A model generated the notes under the pieces. It did not search any database. It was not told where the DNA came from and worked only from the letters and a program-made list of their open reading frames with translations. Shown here piece by piece: positions 1 to 12,169 of a stretch of 64,000 nt of DNA (position 1 is its first letter; every line of letters starts with the position of its first letter). Made by a program: the position numbers and the translations under genes. The DNA comes from Octopus vulgaris (lineage: Eukaryota). The stretch spans positions 67,394,001-67,458,000 of the forward strand of contig OX597828.1 in the NCBI GenBank assembly GCA_951406725.2, given 5' to 3'.

Positions 1-798
1 GACGAACAACTCTCTGTACAGGCTATATATTTAAGGATTTTCCAGTAAACACATTTACTGATGTAGAAAATCCGTTCGAAAGCAATAATAAATCTCTAAA
101 CGAGATATAAACAGTAACTGCTCTATAACATAAGGGGCATCAGCCATCTAAATGTGGCTAGGGACAGGGCAGGGCTGTGGGGGTGTTACTGATGCATTTA
201 GAGAGTTGTTCGTCGGAGAGCGGTGCTTACCATGCGTTGATAATAGGCAAATACCTTGAAACCTGGTCCGTATGTAGCATCCGCTTCTTCGGGGAATGAT
301 CTCCCTTTGCAGGCTAGAGGACACCGAGATGGTGTCAGCCCTCCTGGTGACGTTGATGATTGCCTGGGGCTAAATGCATCAGTAACACCCCCACCGCCCT
401 GCCCTGTCCCTAGCCACATCCAGATGGCTGATGCCTCTTATGTTATAGAGCAGTTACTGTTTATAACTCGTCTAGAGATTTATTATTGCTTTCGAACGGA
501 TTTTCTATATCAGAAAATGTGTTTACTGGAAAATCCTTAAATATATAGCCTGTACAGAGAGTTGTTCGTCGGAGAGCGGTGCTTACCATGCGTTGATAAT
601 AGGCAAATACCTTGAAACCTGGTCCGAATATAGCATCTGCTTCTTCGGGGAATGATCTCCCTTTGCTGGGTAGAGGACACCGAGATGGTGTCAGCCCTCC
701 TGATGACGTTGATGATCGCCTGGGCCTAAATGCATCAGTAACACCCCCACCGCCCTGCCCTGTCCCTAGCCACATTCAGATGGCTGATGCCCCTTATG

Positions 799-803
<5 letters not shown>
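1..803. repeat. 356-bp tandem repeat (about 1.7 units, 200-803) preceded by an inverted partial unit (1-200); Penelope pseudo-LTR or retrozyme-like
   Basis: agagagttgttcgtcggagag recurs at 200 and 556; 1-200 is the reverse complement of about 371-570; degenerate HHR-like motif at 53-93 (+) and about 478-518 (-); another partial copy at 33822-34045. Confidence 0.85.
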
Positions 804-858
<55 letters not shown>

Positions 859-1095
859 GTCACTAAATATGATTAAGATGTTAGAAACACCTACATTGCC
901 AGAAATAAGAGCTAAAATGCTCTAATACTGTAGTCAAAGTACCTACTTATATACACATATACTGACAGGGACTATAATCGCCCAAAAACACCGATCGAAA
1001 ATCTCCCATCCTTACCAGTCATTTTCTGTTGCCTCATCCGTAAGAACTGGCTGGACTTCATTGGATTCCTGAGTTCTTTGTCAGTTTTGTTTTAT

Positions 1096-1297
1096 CCTTT
1101 TATTTGTTTCAGTCATTTGCCTGCGGCCATGCTGGAGCACCGCCTTTAGTCGAGCAAATCGACCCCCAGGACTTATTCTTTGTAAGCCTAATACTTACAC
1201 TATCGGTCTCTTTTTCCGAACCGCTAAGTTACAGGGACGTAAACACACCAGCATCGGTTCTCAAGGGATGTTGGGGGGGGGGACAAACACAGACACA

Positions 1298-1368
<71 letters not shown>

Positions 1369-1527
1369 GACGGGCTTCTTTCAGTTTCCGTCTATCAAAT
1401 CCACTCACGAGGCTTCGGTCGGCCCGTGGCTATAGAAGAAGACACTTTCCCAAGGTACCGCGCAATGGGACTGAACACGGAACCATGTGGTTGGTAAGCA
1501 AGATACTTACCACACATCCACTCCTGG
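1096..1527 (-). mobile_element. tRNA-derived SINE family A (octopus OR2-like, CORE-like box, internal (TA)n(TG)n)
   Basis: Minus strand: tRNA-like head gtggtaag...catggttccgtgttcagtccca, accttgggaaagtg CORE-like motif, microsatellite, tail ggcggtgctccagcatggccgcag...tgactgaaac; more than 10 copies in window; family name recalled, not searched. Confidence 0.85.
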
Positions 1528-1588
1528 TATGTATTTCACCATAAAATCTATGGATGATTTAGCCAATTGCTAATGTGTGTATATAAAG

Positions 1589-1787
1589 TTAATATAGACA
1601 GCAGTGTGCAATGTTTAATCAAAAAGGAAAACTATGGTTGTCACTAAATATGATTAGGGTGTAAATATGATTAAATATGATTACCTCTTATTTCTAGCAG
1701 TGTAAATGTCTCTAACACCCTATTCATATTTAGTGACAATTATAGTTTTCAATTTTGGTAAAACATTGCACACTGCTGTCTATATTA

Positions 1788-1788
<1 letters not shown>
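1589..1788. repeat. Inverted repeat, about 74-bp arms, 52-bp spacer
   Basis: 1589-1662 ttaatatagacagcagtgtgcaatg...tagggtgt versus 1715-1788 acaccct...cattgcacactgctgtctatattaa. Confidence 0.85.
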
Positions 1789-1829
<41 letters not shown>

Positions 1830-2436
1830 CCATTGCTAAAATGTCATCTTTAAGATATCATACAAGCACTAACACACGCACGCTGACACACGCACATACA
1901 TACACACATACGTATGTGTGAATTTATTCCTGTTTGTGTATCTGTGTTGCATATGTATCTTTGTGTGCGTGTGTGTTTATGCGTGTATCTGCGTGCGAGT
2001 GTGTTTGAATGTATGTGCTTCTGCACCTCTATGTATGCGTCTATATTTTATATTGAGAGAACTAGCTTTGGAAATGGTAATAATAAGAACTAAAATTAAT
2101 ACCTCCCTAGAGTGCCTTCTGTCTTATTTGCTTCTTCCTGAACAAGAAAGAAGGCTTGTGTGCCACCTTGGCCTTGAATCTATTCCTAAAGTGAAACTAC
2201 AACAGTGGTTAGGTTCTTTCTCCCGTGTCATCTCCCAACCCCATCGCTACCACCCCGCCAACACCCAGTTCACATCGTCTGGGAATATCTTGGATGAGGG
2301 ACATCAAAGGCAGTCTGTTGTAGTCCATTGCCATCACTATATATATACACATGCATGAAAGTCTATCTTGTCTGTGTTGATCGCTTTACTTCCTAAGTCT
2401 CCGTTATGTGAAGAAGGAATCGTTGTAGGTATAACT

Positions 2437-2719
<283 letters not shown>

Positions 2720-3129
2720 GAGAGAGAGCTCCGCGCTGAATTACAATATGGATGTACTTACTACACAGGGCTCTCCATTCAAAAACAAATCGGTGGAACG
2801 AGATAAAGGGACCTGTGGAAGAGATGAAGGAAGCGGTCTTTTAATGAAAATAGTCACAAAAACGAAAATTTTCTGCCATGCAAAGCACAGTTTCCCCTTT
2901 GCACGATGTCTCAGTGAAACATGTGCGAAACACACACGCGAAATCAACACGCTTATGAAAACACGTGTCACCACAAACGAAGCAAAAGCAAAAAACAAAA
3001 AAAAACAAAAAAAAAACACTAAACAAAACTTTTTTTTTTCGAACAAACATAGAATAAACAATTAATAACTTTAAAAACCCCACAAAAAACTGTGCCCGGA
3101 GATAAATCTATTAACAAAAAATAATACAG

Positions 3130-5780
3130 ACGAATATATGTTAGTCTTACAAAGGTACGTTACGAGCAAGTTTACATGCAGAGAACTCGGAGACGGTGTT
3201 GTCTCAAAAAAATAACACTAAACAAACAGATCCGTACCCAAATGCCAACGTCCAAGCCCCGTCATGCCTCAGTGATAACAAAGCAAAATACAAACCGCAT
3301 CTGTCAACACCCGGAGCACCAAGGATTGCATAGTCGAAAAATCAGCTACTGGTTCTACCCGAAACGCAGGAGCTGAAAGTACCCCACAACTGGAATATTC
3401 CAACAGATGGCCATCCATGCCCGTCATCAAATAACCAAAAGAAAAAGAATGAAAAATGGTCTAGGAAAGATAATAAAGAGGTTCTTACGGCCTTCTACCA
3501 TGCCATATATTTCCCCACAGATAAATCTAATACTGTACAAACGTACTTAAACTGGAGACCGAAACACCCTGAAGTAAGACCCTACATAGACAATAACAAA
3601 CTTGCCAACGTCAGAAGAAACATTCTAAAACAAATTATTGACTGAAGTAGAGATTGATCAAATTAAACAGGCAGTAACAGATAAAAAGAACGAAGCTGCA
3701 GCTAAAGAAGATAATACAGAGGAAATAATTATAGACCAGCCCAGGGCTGATAAAAACGCAGTAAGGATTGAAAGAGCTAATGTAATTGATAGCCAAAGTG
3801 AAATACTCCCTGAACCAATCATAAACACTAAGACAGATGAAAATCAAATAAATGAGGAAAGGCACACAGAAATTGACCCAACAGAACTACATGATCTAAA
3901 ACATCAAATCATGATTGAATGGCTGAAATTTAAAGAAGCCAGTATGAATGAACGTGATACTCTCCCTATAATCCGCAATTCTAACCAAAACCTGAAAATA
4001 ATTGGTAAAATCCGCCTTGCACTTAATTATATGATTTTAGCTAATGATGTTGATATTACAGATCTCAACCACCTGTACTATGCATCCGCGAAAATCTCAA
4101 CGATTCCATGTGGTGAAAAGATTAGAAAACGACATTCTCAGAAAAGGCCTACTTGGCAAGAACGTATTCAACACCAAATCCATCCATTCACGTCTGACAT
4201 AGAATGTTTAAAAAACCTTAAGTTTGACAAGACTATCAAACCAAAAAGATTCCGAAAATTAAAGAAAAAATGCTATATGAAAACCAGATTTGACATCGAT
4301 ACCACTATAGAATCCATCAAGCAAAAGGTATGTGCTAAAGCTGCCTGCATAGCAAGGCACGAAAAGCGCGTTAGTTCTTCAAGGACAACAACATGTTCAA
4401 AAATAACCCCAAAACTTTTTACAAGAAGATAAGGAAAATCCCAGTTGCAGTAAAGTCTGTCCTATCAAAAGAAAAAGTGCAAGAATTTTGGAATAAAATT
4501 TGGACAGAAAAAAAAACACACAATGGAAAGGCCCCTTGGATTGATAGAATACCTACTGACTACAATTAAAAACCAAACCACTGGCAAGATACAAAAAACG
4601 CGCAGCATTCAATAGACAAAGCATACTATTCAAGGAGAACACAAAAAAATTCTACAGGGAACTGGGGGGGAAATACCATTATTGTGAAAACACCTCCTCC
4701 CCAGCAGCAAACTGAAGTCAGTAGATATTCGCAGGGTAAGGACAATACTCAAGACAGAGCTGCATCACTGAAATATGTAATCTTGACAGAAACAGGAAAA
4801 TTGTTGACAATGCATAGAATGCACCACCCCAAGGCAGATATAGAATGACTTTACCTGCCACGAAAAGAGGGTGGCCGTGAACTATTACAACTGGAATTAA
4901 CAATGAAGATTGCCACAATTGGCCTTGACACCTACCTGAAAAATTCTTATGACTGGATGTTAAAACTTGTCTCAAATCATGAAAACAAGAAGGCATCATA
5001 CTCTGTAACAAAACAGTCACTGATACCTTTATTTGACATGCAAAACAGAACTGAATGTTCTAAACACAACTGTTACGGTAAAACAATCAGCCACCTCTTT
5101 TATATGGATGATCTAAAGCTGTACGCTACAAATGTTAAGCAGCTAGAAACATTAGTAAAACAGTACATCGATTTACCAAAGAAATAAACATGAACTTTGG
5201 CTTAGAAAAATGTACCGAAACAACCTTGAAAAGAGGAAAACTAGTTGAGAGTAGCATCATCGCACTAGATAAAGCAAATGAAATAAGAGAATGAGACCAA
5301 AGCCGGACATACAAATACTTAGGAATCAATGAACTAGATACGATACAACACATACAAAAGAAAGAGAAGATAAGAAAATAATACTATAGACGAGTTGGAT
5401 TCATACTGAAAAGAGAAATCAATGCGAAAAACAAGATAATAGGTATCAACACTCTAGTCGTCCTAGTTATAAGTTACGATTACAATATTCTTAATTGGAT
5501 TCTTAAGGAACGAATCAAGATAGACAGGAAAACAAGAAAAATAATGACGATTTAGGATAGACCCCCCACACACACACACACACAGATACCAAATCTGACT
5601 GGAAGGTGATAGAGGCCTTATACAGCTAGAAAACTATTACAAAATAACCTCCATAGGACTACAGAAAGATCTACTTCAGAAGCACGGAAAACTAGTACAA
5701 ATAGCCACAAAACACGAACAAAACAAAAAGCGGCTTTCAGTCTTTAAGAAAGTTCACAAATACAAAATATAAAAATAAAC
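3130..5780 (+). mobile_element. Degenerate R4/Dong-type (RLE) non-LTR retrotransposon, N-terminal region and RT, mosaic
   Basis: N-terminal W..KDNKEVL..FYHA...LANVRRNILK..LTEVEIDQIK; RT SHLFYMDDLKLYA (about 5090-5125), NFGLEKC, YKYLGI; thumb region HHPKADI..LYLPRKEGGR at about 4820-4880 out of order; many stops and frameshifts. Confidence 0.85.
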
Positions 5781-6135
5781 AAAAATAAAAACAAATTACA
5801 CGAACGTATATAAACAGGAGATACAAATATTACAGGCACTCCCCCCCCCACACACATACTAACTTAATATAGACACACATAGAGGTATACGCATGCGCAA
5901 ATGAAGACACATACAATAGAAATACAAAATACAAAATGGCTGACCGTTAGTAAGGAGACACACAAATAAGAAAGAAGAAAGCAAAGGACCACTGATGAGG
6001 TCACAGGAGTGTGACGATAAAACTCTGGCCGAAATAAGATTAAGATTAATGTAAAAAATAAATAACGCTGAAGCAAAGTAACACCAAATACATAGTGCGT
6101 GTGTTTTTATTGGCTAAACTGGCAAAATGACCGTT
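5770..6135 (+). repeat. HHR-bearing interspersed repeat (family H2); inverted copy at 46455-46820
   Basis: About 360 bp of reverse-complement match to 46455-46820. Confidence 0.85.
5987..6030 (+). ncRNA. Type I hammerhead ribozyme-like motif (GAAA mutated to GAUA)
   Basis: gacca-CTGATGA-g-gtcac aggagt gtgac-GATA-aaac-TC-tggcc; stem II is 5 bp; stem I gacca/tggcc. Confidence 0.65.
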
Positions 6136-6200
6136 CCTAAATACAACAATATCTGTTTCAACACACGATTTCACATCAAAAATCTTGCAAGACAAATATA

Positions 6201-6259
<59 letters not shown>

Positions 6260-6284
6260 CATCATCATCATCATCATCGTATAG

Positions 6285-6640
6285 ACTTTCTTATACAACC
6301 GGGAGCAGAATAGAACACAGCAAACCGGATATGGAGTTGACATTGATAAGACGAATAAACTATATATTGTAGCTGATGTAGTGATATAACACCAAAATCA
6401 AGAAAAAAGGAAAAGGATAAGTAAGGTACTCTACTGGCTTGAAATATAAAACTCTCAAGTGCTGCTACGAAGGCGATAACAAGGTCATGATCTCACCCAT
6501 TGTCAATGAGGTCTTGGGAACTGTGATAAAGAATTTCAGAGCAGATCTTGGAACGCTAGACTTCAATCTGGAAGTGAGTGCAGCTCAGAAAACCGTTGCT
6601 TGGCTCAGCAAAAATCATCCACAAAGTCCTCAATAAAAAA
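6285..6640 (+). pseudogene. RLE endonuclease remnant of an R4/Dong-type LINE
   Basis: RIEHSKPDM and ISPIVNEVLGTV...AQKTV, degenerate versions of PD and PIVIGALGTV..QK motifs. Confidence 0.6.
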
Positions 6641-6859
6641 AGTAAAAAATAACTGGGAAGAGTTGTTGTTGTGGTGGGGGGGGGTGAGACTTTTATACGG
6701 AAGGGACAAAAATGCTTCTCCCCGTAGATCATGAGTTGCGGTTTAATAGGAAGCATAAACCGAACACAATATCTCTAGAGTGTAGAATGATGATGAGGAG
6801 GAGGAAAAGGAGGGAGAGAAGGAGGTGGTGGTGGAACAGGAGGAGCAGGAGGAGGGGGA

Positions 6860-7240
6860 GGCAATATTTCCTTTATTAGCTAGAAAGGCCCACAGGTGTT
6901 ACATAAAACGTGTAACACGTAAAAGGATTACAAAACGTGGGGATATATGCATAAACATTATCAAAAAAAAAAGAAGCTTCGTGATGTGAGGTCTTGGGAA
7001 TGTGGAGAGTATTCTACTGAACCTCTTTGTCCCTTTCATCTATTTGACAAAATTTCATCAAGGTGGGCCTCATCACTCCAAGCAATGTTTTGGGACAGCG
7101 TACATCTTCTGCGCGTTTTGCCAAGCACTACTCGCAAAGCTTAGCCTGTCTCTCTTCACTATTTCTAATGGGTTAAGTCTAACAAGAAACGAAAATTAAG
7201 TTAATCGCCAGCTGTAAAAGGGTGTATACATTTTGAGGAG
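6860..7240 (-). mobile_element. Probable 3' end of an L1/Tx1-type LINE
   Basis: Minus strand degenerate C-terminal peptide (EIVKRDRLSFASSAWQNAQKM) then UTR ending aataaaggaaata; assignment from recalled similarity only. Confidence 0.35.
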
Positions 7241-7252
7241 ACACTATATATA

Positions 7253-7483
7253 TTTCTTTTTTTACCCACTAGGGGCTAAACACAGAGGGGACAAACAAGG
7301 ACAGAAAAACGGATTAAGTCGATTATATCGACCCCAGTGCGTAACTGGTACTTATTTAATCGACCCCGAAATGATGAAAGGCAAAGTCGACCTCGGCGGA
7401 ATTTGAACTCAGAACGTAACGGCAGACGAAATACCGCTACACTTTTCGCCCGGCGTGCTAACGCTTCTGCCAGCTCGCCGCCT
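7253..7483 (-). mobile_element. tRNA-derived SINE family B (Meta-domain, OR1-like)
   Basis: Minus strand: aggcggcgagctggcagaagcgttagc...gagttcaaattcc (B box) then gactttgcctttcatc.tttcggggtcga...aagtacc Meta-like central domain. Confidence 0.88.
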
Positions 7484-7500
7484 TTCTATATATGTATACA

Positions 7501-7698
7501 CTTTACTCCTTTACTTGTTTCAGTCATTTGATTGTGGCCATGCTAGAGCACCACCTTTAGTCGAGCAAATCGACCTCAGGACTTATTCTTTGTAAGCCTA
7601 GTACTTATTCTGTCGGTCTCTTTTGCCGAATGACTAGATTACGGGGACGTAACACACCAGCATCGGTTGTCAAGCGCTGTTGTATATATGTGTGTGTA

Positions 7699-7761
<63 letters not shown>

Positions 7762-7792
7762 GTGTGTATATACATACGATTATTTATTTATA

Positions 7793-7851
<59 letters not shown>

Positions 7852-8014
7852 GACGGGCTTCTTTCAGTTTCCGTCTACCAAATCCACTCACAAGGCTTTG
7901 GTCAGCCCGAGGCTATAGTAGAAGACAGTTGCCCAAGGTGCCACGCAGTGGGACTGAACCCGGAACCATGTGATTGGTAAACAAGCTACCTACCACACAG
8001 CCACTCCTGCGCCT
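7501..8014 (-). mobile_element. SINE family A, full length
   Basis: Head aggcgcaggagtggctgtgtggta, internal (TA)n(TAGA)n, tail tgactgaaacaagtaaaggagtaaag. Confidence 0.9.
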
Positions 8015-8116
8015 ATTATAATGCTTTATTGTCTTTTACTTCTGTTACATCTGCGCCAAGTTTCTTAGAAGCAAACATCGAGTTTGGCGACAAGAAATGA
8101 ATGAGATTAATTTTTT

Positions 8117-8335
8117 TCCTTTTACTTGTTTCAGTCATTAGACTGCGGCCATGCTGGGGCACAGCCTCGAAGAATTTTTAATCGAATGTATCGACCCCAT
8201 TATTAATTTTTTTTTCTTCTTTGGCCTGGTACTTATTTTATCGTTCACTTTGGTCGACCGCTAAGTAAACACTCCAAACACCAGTTTTCAAGCGGTGTGA
8301 GAGGATGAACACACACGTCCCCTCACACCGCTTGA

Positions 8336-8373
<38 letters not shown>

Positions 8374-8388
8374 ACACATATACATACC

Positions 8389-8466
<78 letters not shown>

Positions 8467-8805
8467 ATCTAAACATGAAAACACAAAGAGAAAACACAAC
8501 AACGCGAGGACGTGGAACAAGTATAGTATTATTGGACGCTCAGGAAAGAAGAAAAGAAGGAGGGTTTAACGTTTCGAGCGGAGCTCTTCGTCGGAAATAT
8601 AAGAAAAAGAAAGATCCAAAGAAGGGAATATGTATATATACATATATCGGGCTTCTTTCAATTTCCGTCTACCAAATCTACTCACAAGGCTTTGGTCGGC
8701 TCGCGGCTATAGCAGGAGACACTTACCCAAGATGCTGCGCAGTGGGACTGAATCTGGAATCATATGGTCGGAAGCAAGTTTCTTACCACACACCACGCCT
8801 GCGCA
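8117..8805 (-). mobile_element. SINE family A, diverged, interrupted in its internal microsatellite by an HHR repeat (8463-8630)
   Basis: 3' half at 8117-8345 and 5' head at 8645-8805, same orientation. Confidence 0.75.
8564..8598 (-). ncRNA. Type I hammerhead ribozyme motif (family H1, U4C)
   Basis: Minus strand: attt-CCGACGA-a-gagc tcc gctc-GAAA-cg-TT-aaac. Confidence 0.7.
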
Positions 8806-9439
8806 TATTTGCATTTTAAAAAAAATCACATTGCAAGTGAGAGGTTTGAATTGTTTGAATAATCTTCACCTTGGAAATGGTTGTATTAGTCATGGGCAAA
8901 CTGCAGCTCCCCATGAATTCCTGAATGGCACGCTTCGCGAATAATTACCTTAAATTTTTTTATAGAAGTGTGACCAGCCTTATAGTGAAATGTGTCTCAT
9001 GCATCCCGCTTCTCGTGAAAAGGCTGTCCACGCCTGCTCTACATGGTCGCCCGGCCTGTTAGAAATAGCAGCCAAATCACATCACACTTTAGAAGGAATA
9101 ACAAACTGGATTATACAGTCGTATATACACTTCATCAAGAAGACAAAGAACGGAATGGCCACGGTTGGAATGTCCATTATTCTATCTGCTTAAATCAGCC
9201 GACATCGAACTCAAGAACAACCACAACAACGACAACGACAACCAGCAGTGCAGTGACAAATAAAAAGAAATGAATATAAATCCAAACGTTAAAGAAAAAG
9301 AAAGATTGATATGACAAAAAAGAAATATATAAAACAGCCAAAAAAGACAATATCTTGATGATGTCTAACTAAGATTTACCAGAAAATTATCCGAGATTAT
9401 ATCTGTCCTTTCTTTTCCTATACTTCTAATTTTTCTTCC

Positions 9440-9524
<85 letters not shown>

Positions 9525-9672
9525 TCCCAAAAACACCACCAACCAGTTTCCACTTTTCTCTACAGTTCACTGCTTGTATCTTGTTCTTTTTAAATTGTAT
9601 TCTCAATGGAAATATGGATATGTATATATATATATATATATATATAATATATGCACGCCCATATATATTGTT

Positions 9673-9763
<91 letters not shown>

Positions 9764-11139
9764 TTGTATCTCATTGGAATCGGTATCTTAATGTACTTTG
9801 TTTCTACAGCAACTTATCTTTTATTTGGCAGAGTTTTATGGTTGTGTTTCTATGACAACTCATCGTCATCTTTGTGTGGATTCCACAGAAGGACAAAAAA
9901 AAAAAGGTAAAAATAAAAGTAGGAATAAAAATATAATTGCAAAAATACAATGAAATAAAATATGAGCAAAAAAACGAAAGAAAAATTGGAAGAAGACGAA
10001 ATGAAGAAAAACCGTTCAGGCCACATGTTAAGCCAAATGAAGCTTTAACTAAAGCGGGAAGAGGGAGGTGCTAGGAATTGAAACACGAACTCCTCTGCTG
10101 TCCTACTTCCACATCCTATTTGCACCACCATCGCCACCACTTCACCCACCCACCCCACTTCCATTCACTGAAATCTGAATTCGAAATAAGACACAAACAC
10201 ACAAAAAAGTGCCGTTTCCGGGAAAGTCAAAATTGGTTGAAAATTCTGTCTTTAATAGCAAAGCAAGAGGGGGAATGGTTGGTGAGTGGAGGTGGTGGGT
10301 AGAATGGTGTGTTGCATTGTATGTAATGGCGGTGGTGGCACCGTGACGATGATGGAGGTGGTGGTGGCGGCGGCGGCGGCGGTGGTGGTACTGGTGGTGG
10401 TGATTGCAACTTTGGTAAAGTAGAGCAGTTTGCGTGTTGTTGATTTTGATGGTGATAGTGGTGGAGTCGGTGATGGTGATGGTGGTGGTGGTGGTTTCGT
10501 TAGTAATGGTATGGTAGTAGCTAGGGTGATGAATGCAGTGATAGTGGTGGAGGTTGGTGGCGATGATGGTGGAGCGATGCTTACAGTAAAGTAGATGGAA
10601 GTTGCAGTAATGAGTGTTGTTTTGGTGGTGGCGGTTGTGGTGGTGGTGGTGGTGGTGGTGGTGATGGTAGTGGTGGTGACTATAGTGATTGTGATCATGG
10701 TTGCAGTGCAGTGATAGTAGTAGTGGCTATATTGGTGATGACGGTGGTAGTGGTGGTGGTGGTGGTGGTGGTGGTGTCAGTGATAGCAATTATGGTTGTT
10801 GTTGTTATGGTGGTCGTGGTGGTGATTATAGTGTTAGTATTACAAAAGGTAGTAGTGCCTGAAGTAGATGCAGTGGCTGCAGTGGTAGTGCTTGGTGTTA
10901 GTGTGGAGATAGTAGCAGTGTTTGCAGTATGGTAGTAGCAGTTATAGTGATGAGGAGGAGGGTGTGGGAAGAGGCAGAAGACGAGGAGGAGAAGAAGGAG
11001 AAGGAAGGTGAGGGAGGGGAGGAAGAGAAAGAGGAAGAGGAGGGAAAAATAGGAAGGAGAAGAGAAGGAAGAGGAAGAGGTGGAAGAAGAGGAAAGAGGA
11101 GGAGGAAGAGAAGAAAAGTTGTGCATTGTATTATAATAT

Positions 11140-11280
11140 ATCGGTTTCAAAATTTGGCGCAAGGGCCAGCAATTTTGTGGGAGGTGGAAAGTCGATTTCA
11201 GAGCTCATCTGGTACTTATTTTATCGACCTCGAAAGGATGAAAGGCAAAGTCGACCTCCTCGGCGGCGGCGAAATTTGTG
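11140..11280 (-). mobile_element. SINE family B, 5'-truncated, alternative tail
   Basis: Meta-like domain tcgacctcgaaaggatgaaaggcaaagtcgacctc; tail type shared with 53999-54215. Confidence 0.8.
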
Positions 11281-11704
11281 TTTCAAAATATCGTTTATCG
11301 TTTTTCATTTTTACAAAATATTTATTGTTGTCGTTACTCATTTTTTTGTTTCTTTTACTTTCTTTTGATTTGATTTTGAACAATTTTACAGATCTTTTTT
11401 AATTATTAGAAAAGAAAGTGGTGGTAGTGGTGGTGGTGGTGGTGGGGTTCTTCAGGGTTCACATACTGAACGGAGGAGTAAAGTGGTTGGGCTGGAGAGA
11501 GCATAATATGAGTGAAGAAAGAAGAAATAAATGTGAGATGGGATTGCTTCTATGAGGGTAGCATGAAACCAGTCGACTCCAAACCACTGTAGAGAAGTGA
11601 TAGAAGAAGAAATATACCTATGACCAAAGGTTGGTCATAGGGATATTTGCATAATTTTCTGTCAGTCAACTGGGGGGGGGGGGCAGAATGCTCTGTATGT
11701 AAAA

Positions 11705-12160
11705 ACAGTACTGTCCTAGTAGATGTGGTAACTGTGCCAGAAATGGGGGTTAAAGCTGGAAACATGGTACAGTCATCGAGTCGAAAGAGAAATGGAATCA
11801 GAAAACTGTAAGATTTTGTGGGACGTTCCTATTCAAACGGAGAAGAAGACCGGACATGACAATTATAGATAGGGAGAAGCAAAGTTGCTCACTGATCGAC
11901 CCGTCATGCCCGTTTGATTCCAGGATCGTAAAGAAAGAGGGCGAAAAGCAAAAACAAAAATTACAATCCTTTAAAATTTGAAATAGAAAAAAATTGGAGC
12001 GTGAGAACAGTAAAGGTCGTGTCAATAATAATTGGTGCATTGGGAACAGTAAGCAAAGATGTCAACAAGTGGCTGAAGAAGATTGGAATACAATACCCAG
12101 TAGAACTCCTACAGAACGTTTGTCTCTTGGGGACAGCGAGAATTATCAGGAAGGTTGAAA
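11705..12160 (+). mobile_element. R4/Dong-type LINE, C-terminal RLE domain
   Basis: W*LCQKWGL..TWYSH...ENCKILWDVPIQT..RRPDMTIIDR..LIDPSCPFD..., IIIGALGTV, LQNVCLLGTARIIRKV. Confidence 0.9.
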
Positions 12161-12169
12161 CAGCGTATC

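Noticed and set aside
3638-4432. 264-aa ORF as a host gene
   Set aside because: It is the N-terminal part of a broken R4/Dong LINE ORF
10217-10225. Perfect STAT-type site ttccgggaa
   Set aside because: A single 9-mer with no supporting context
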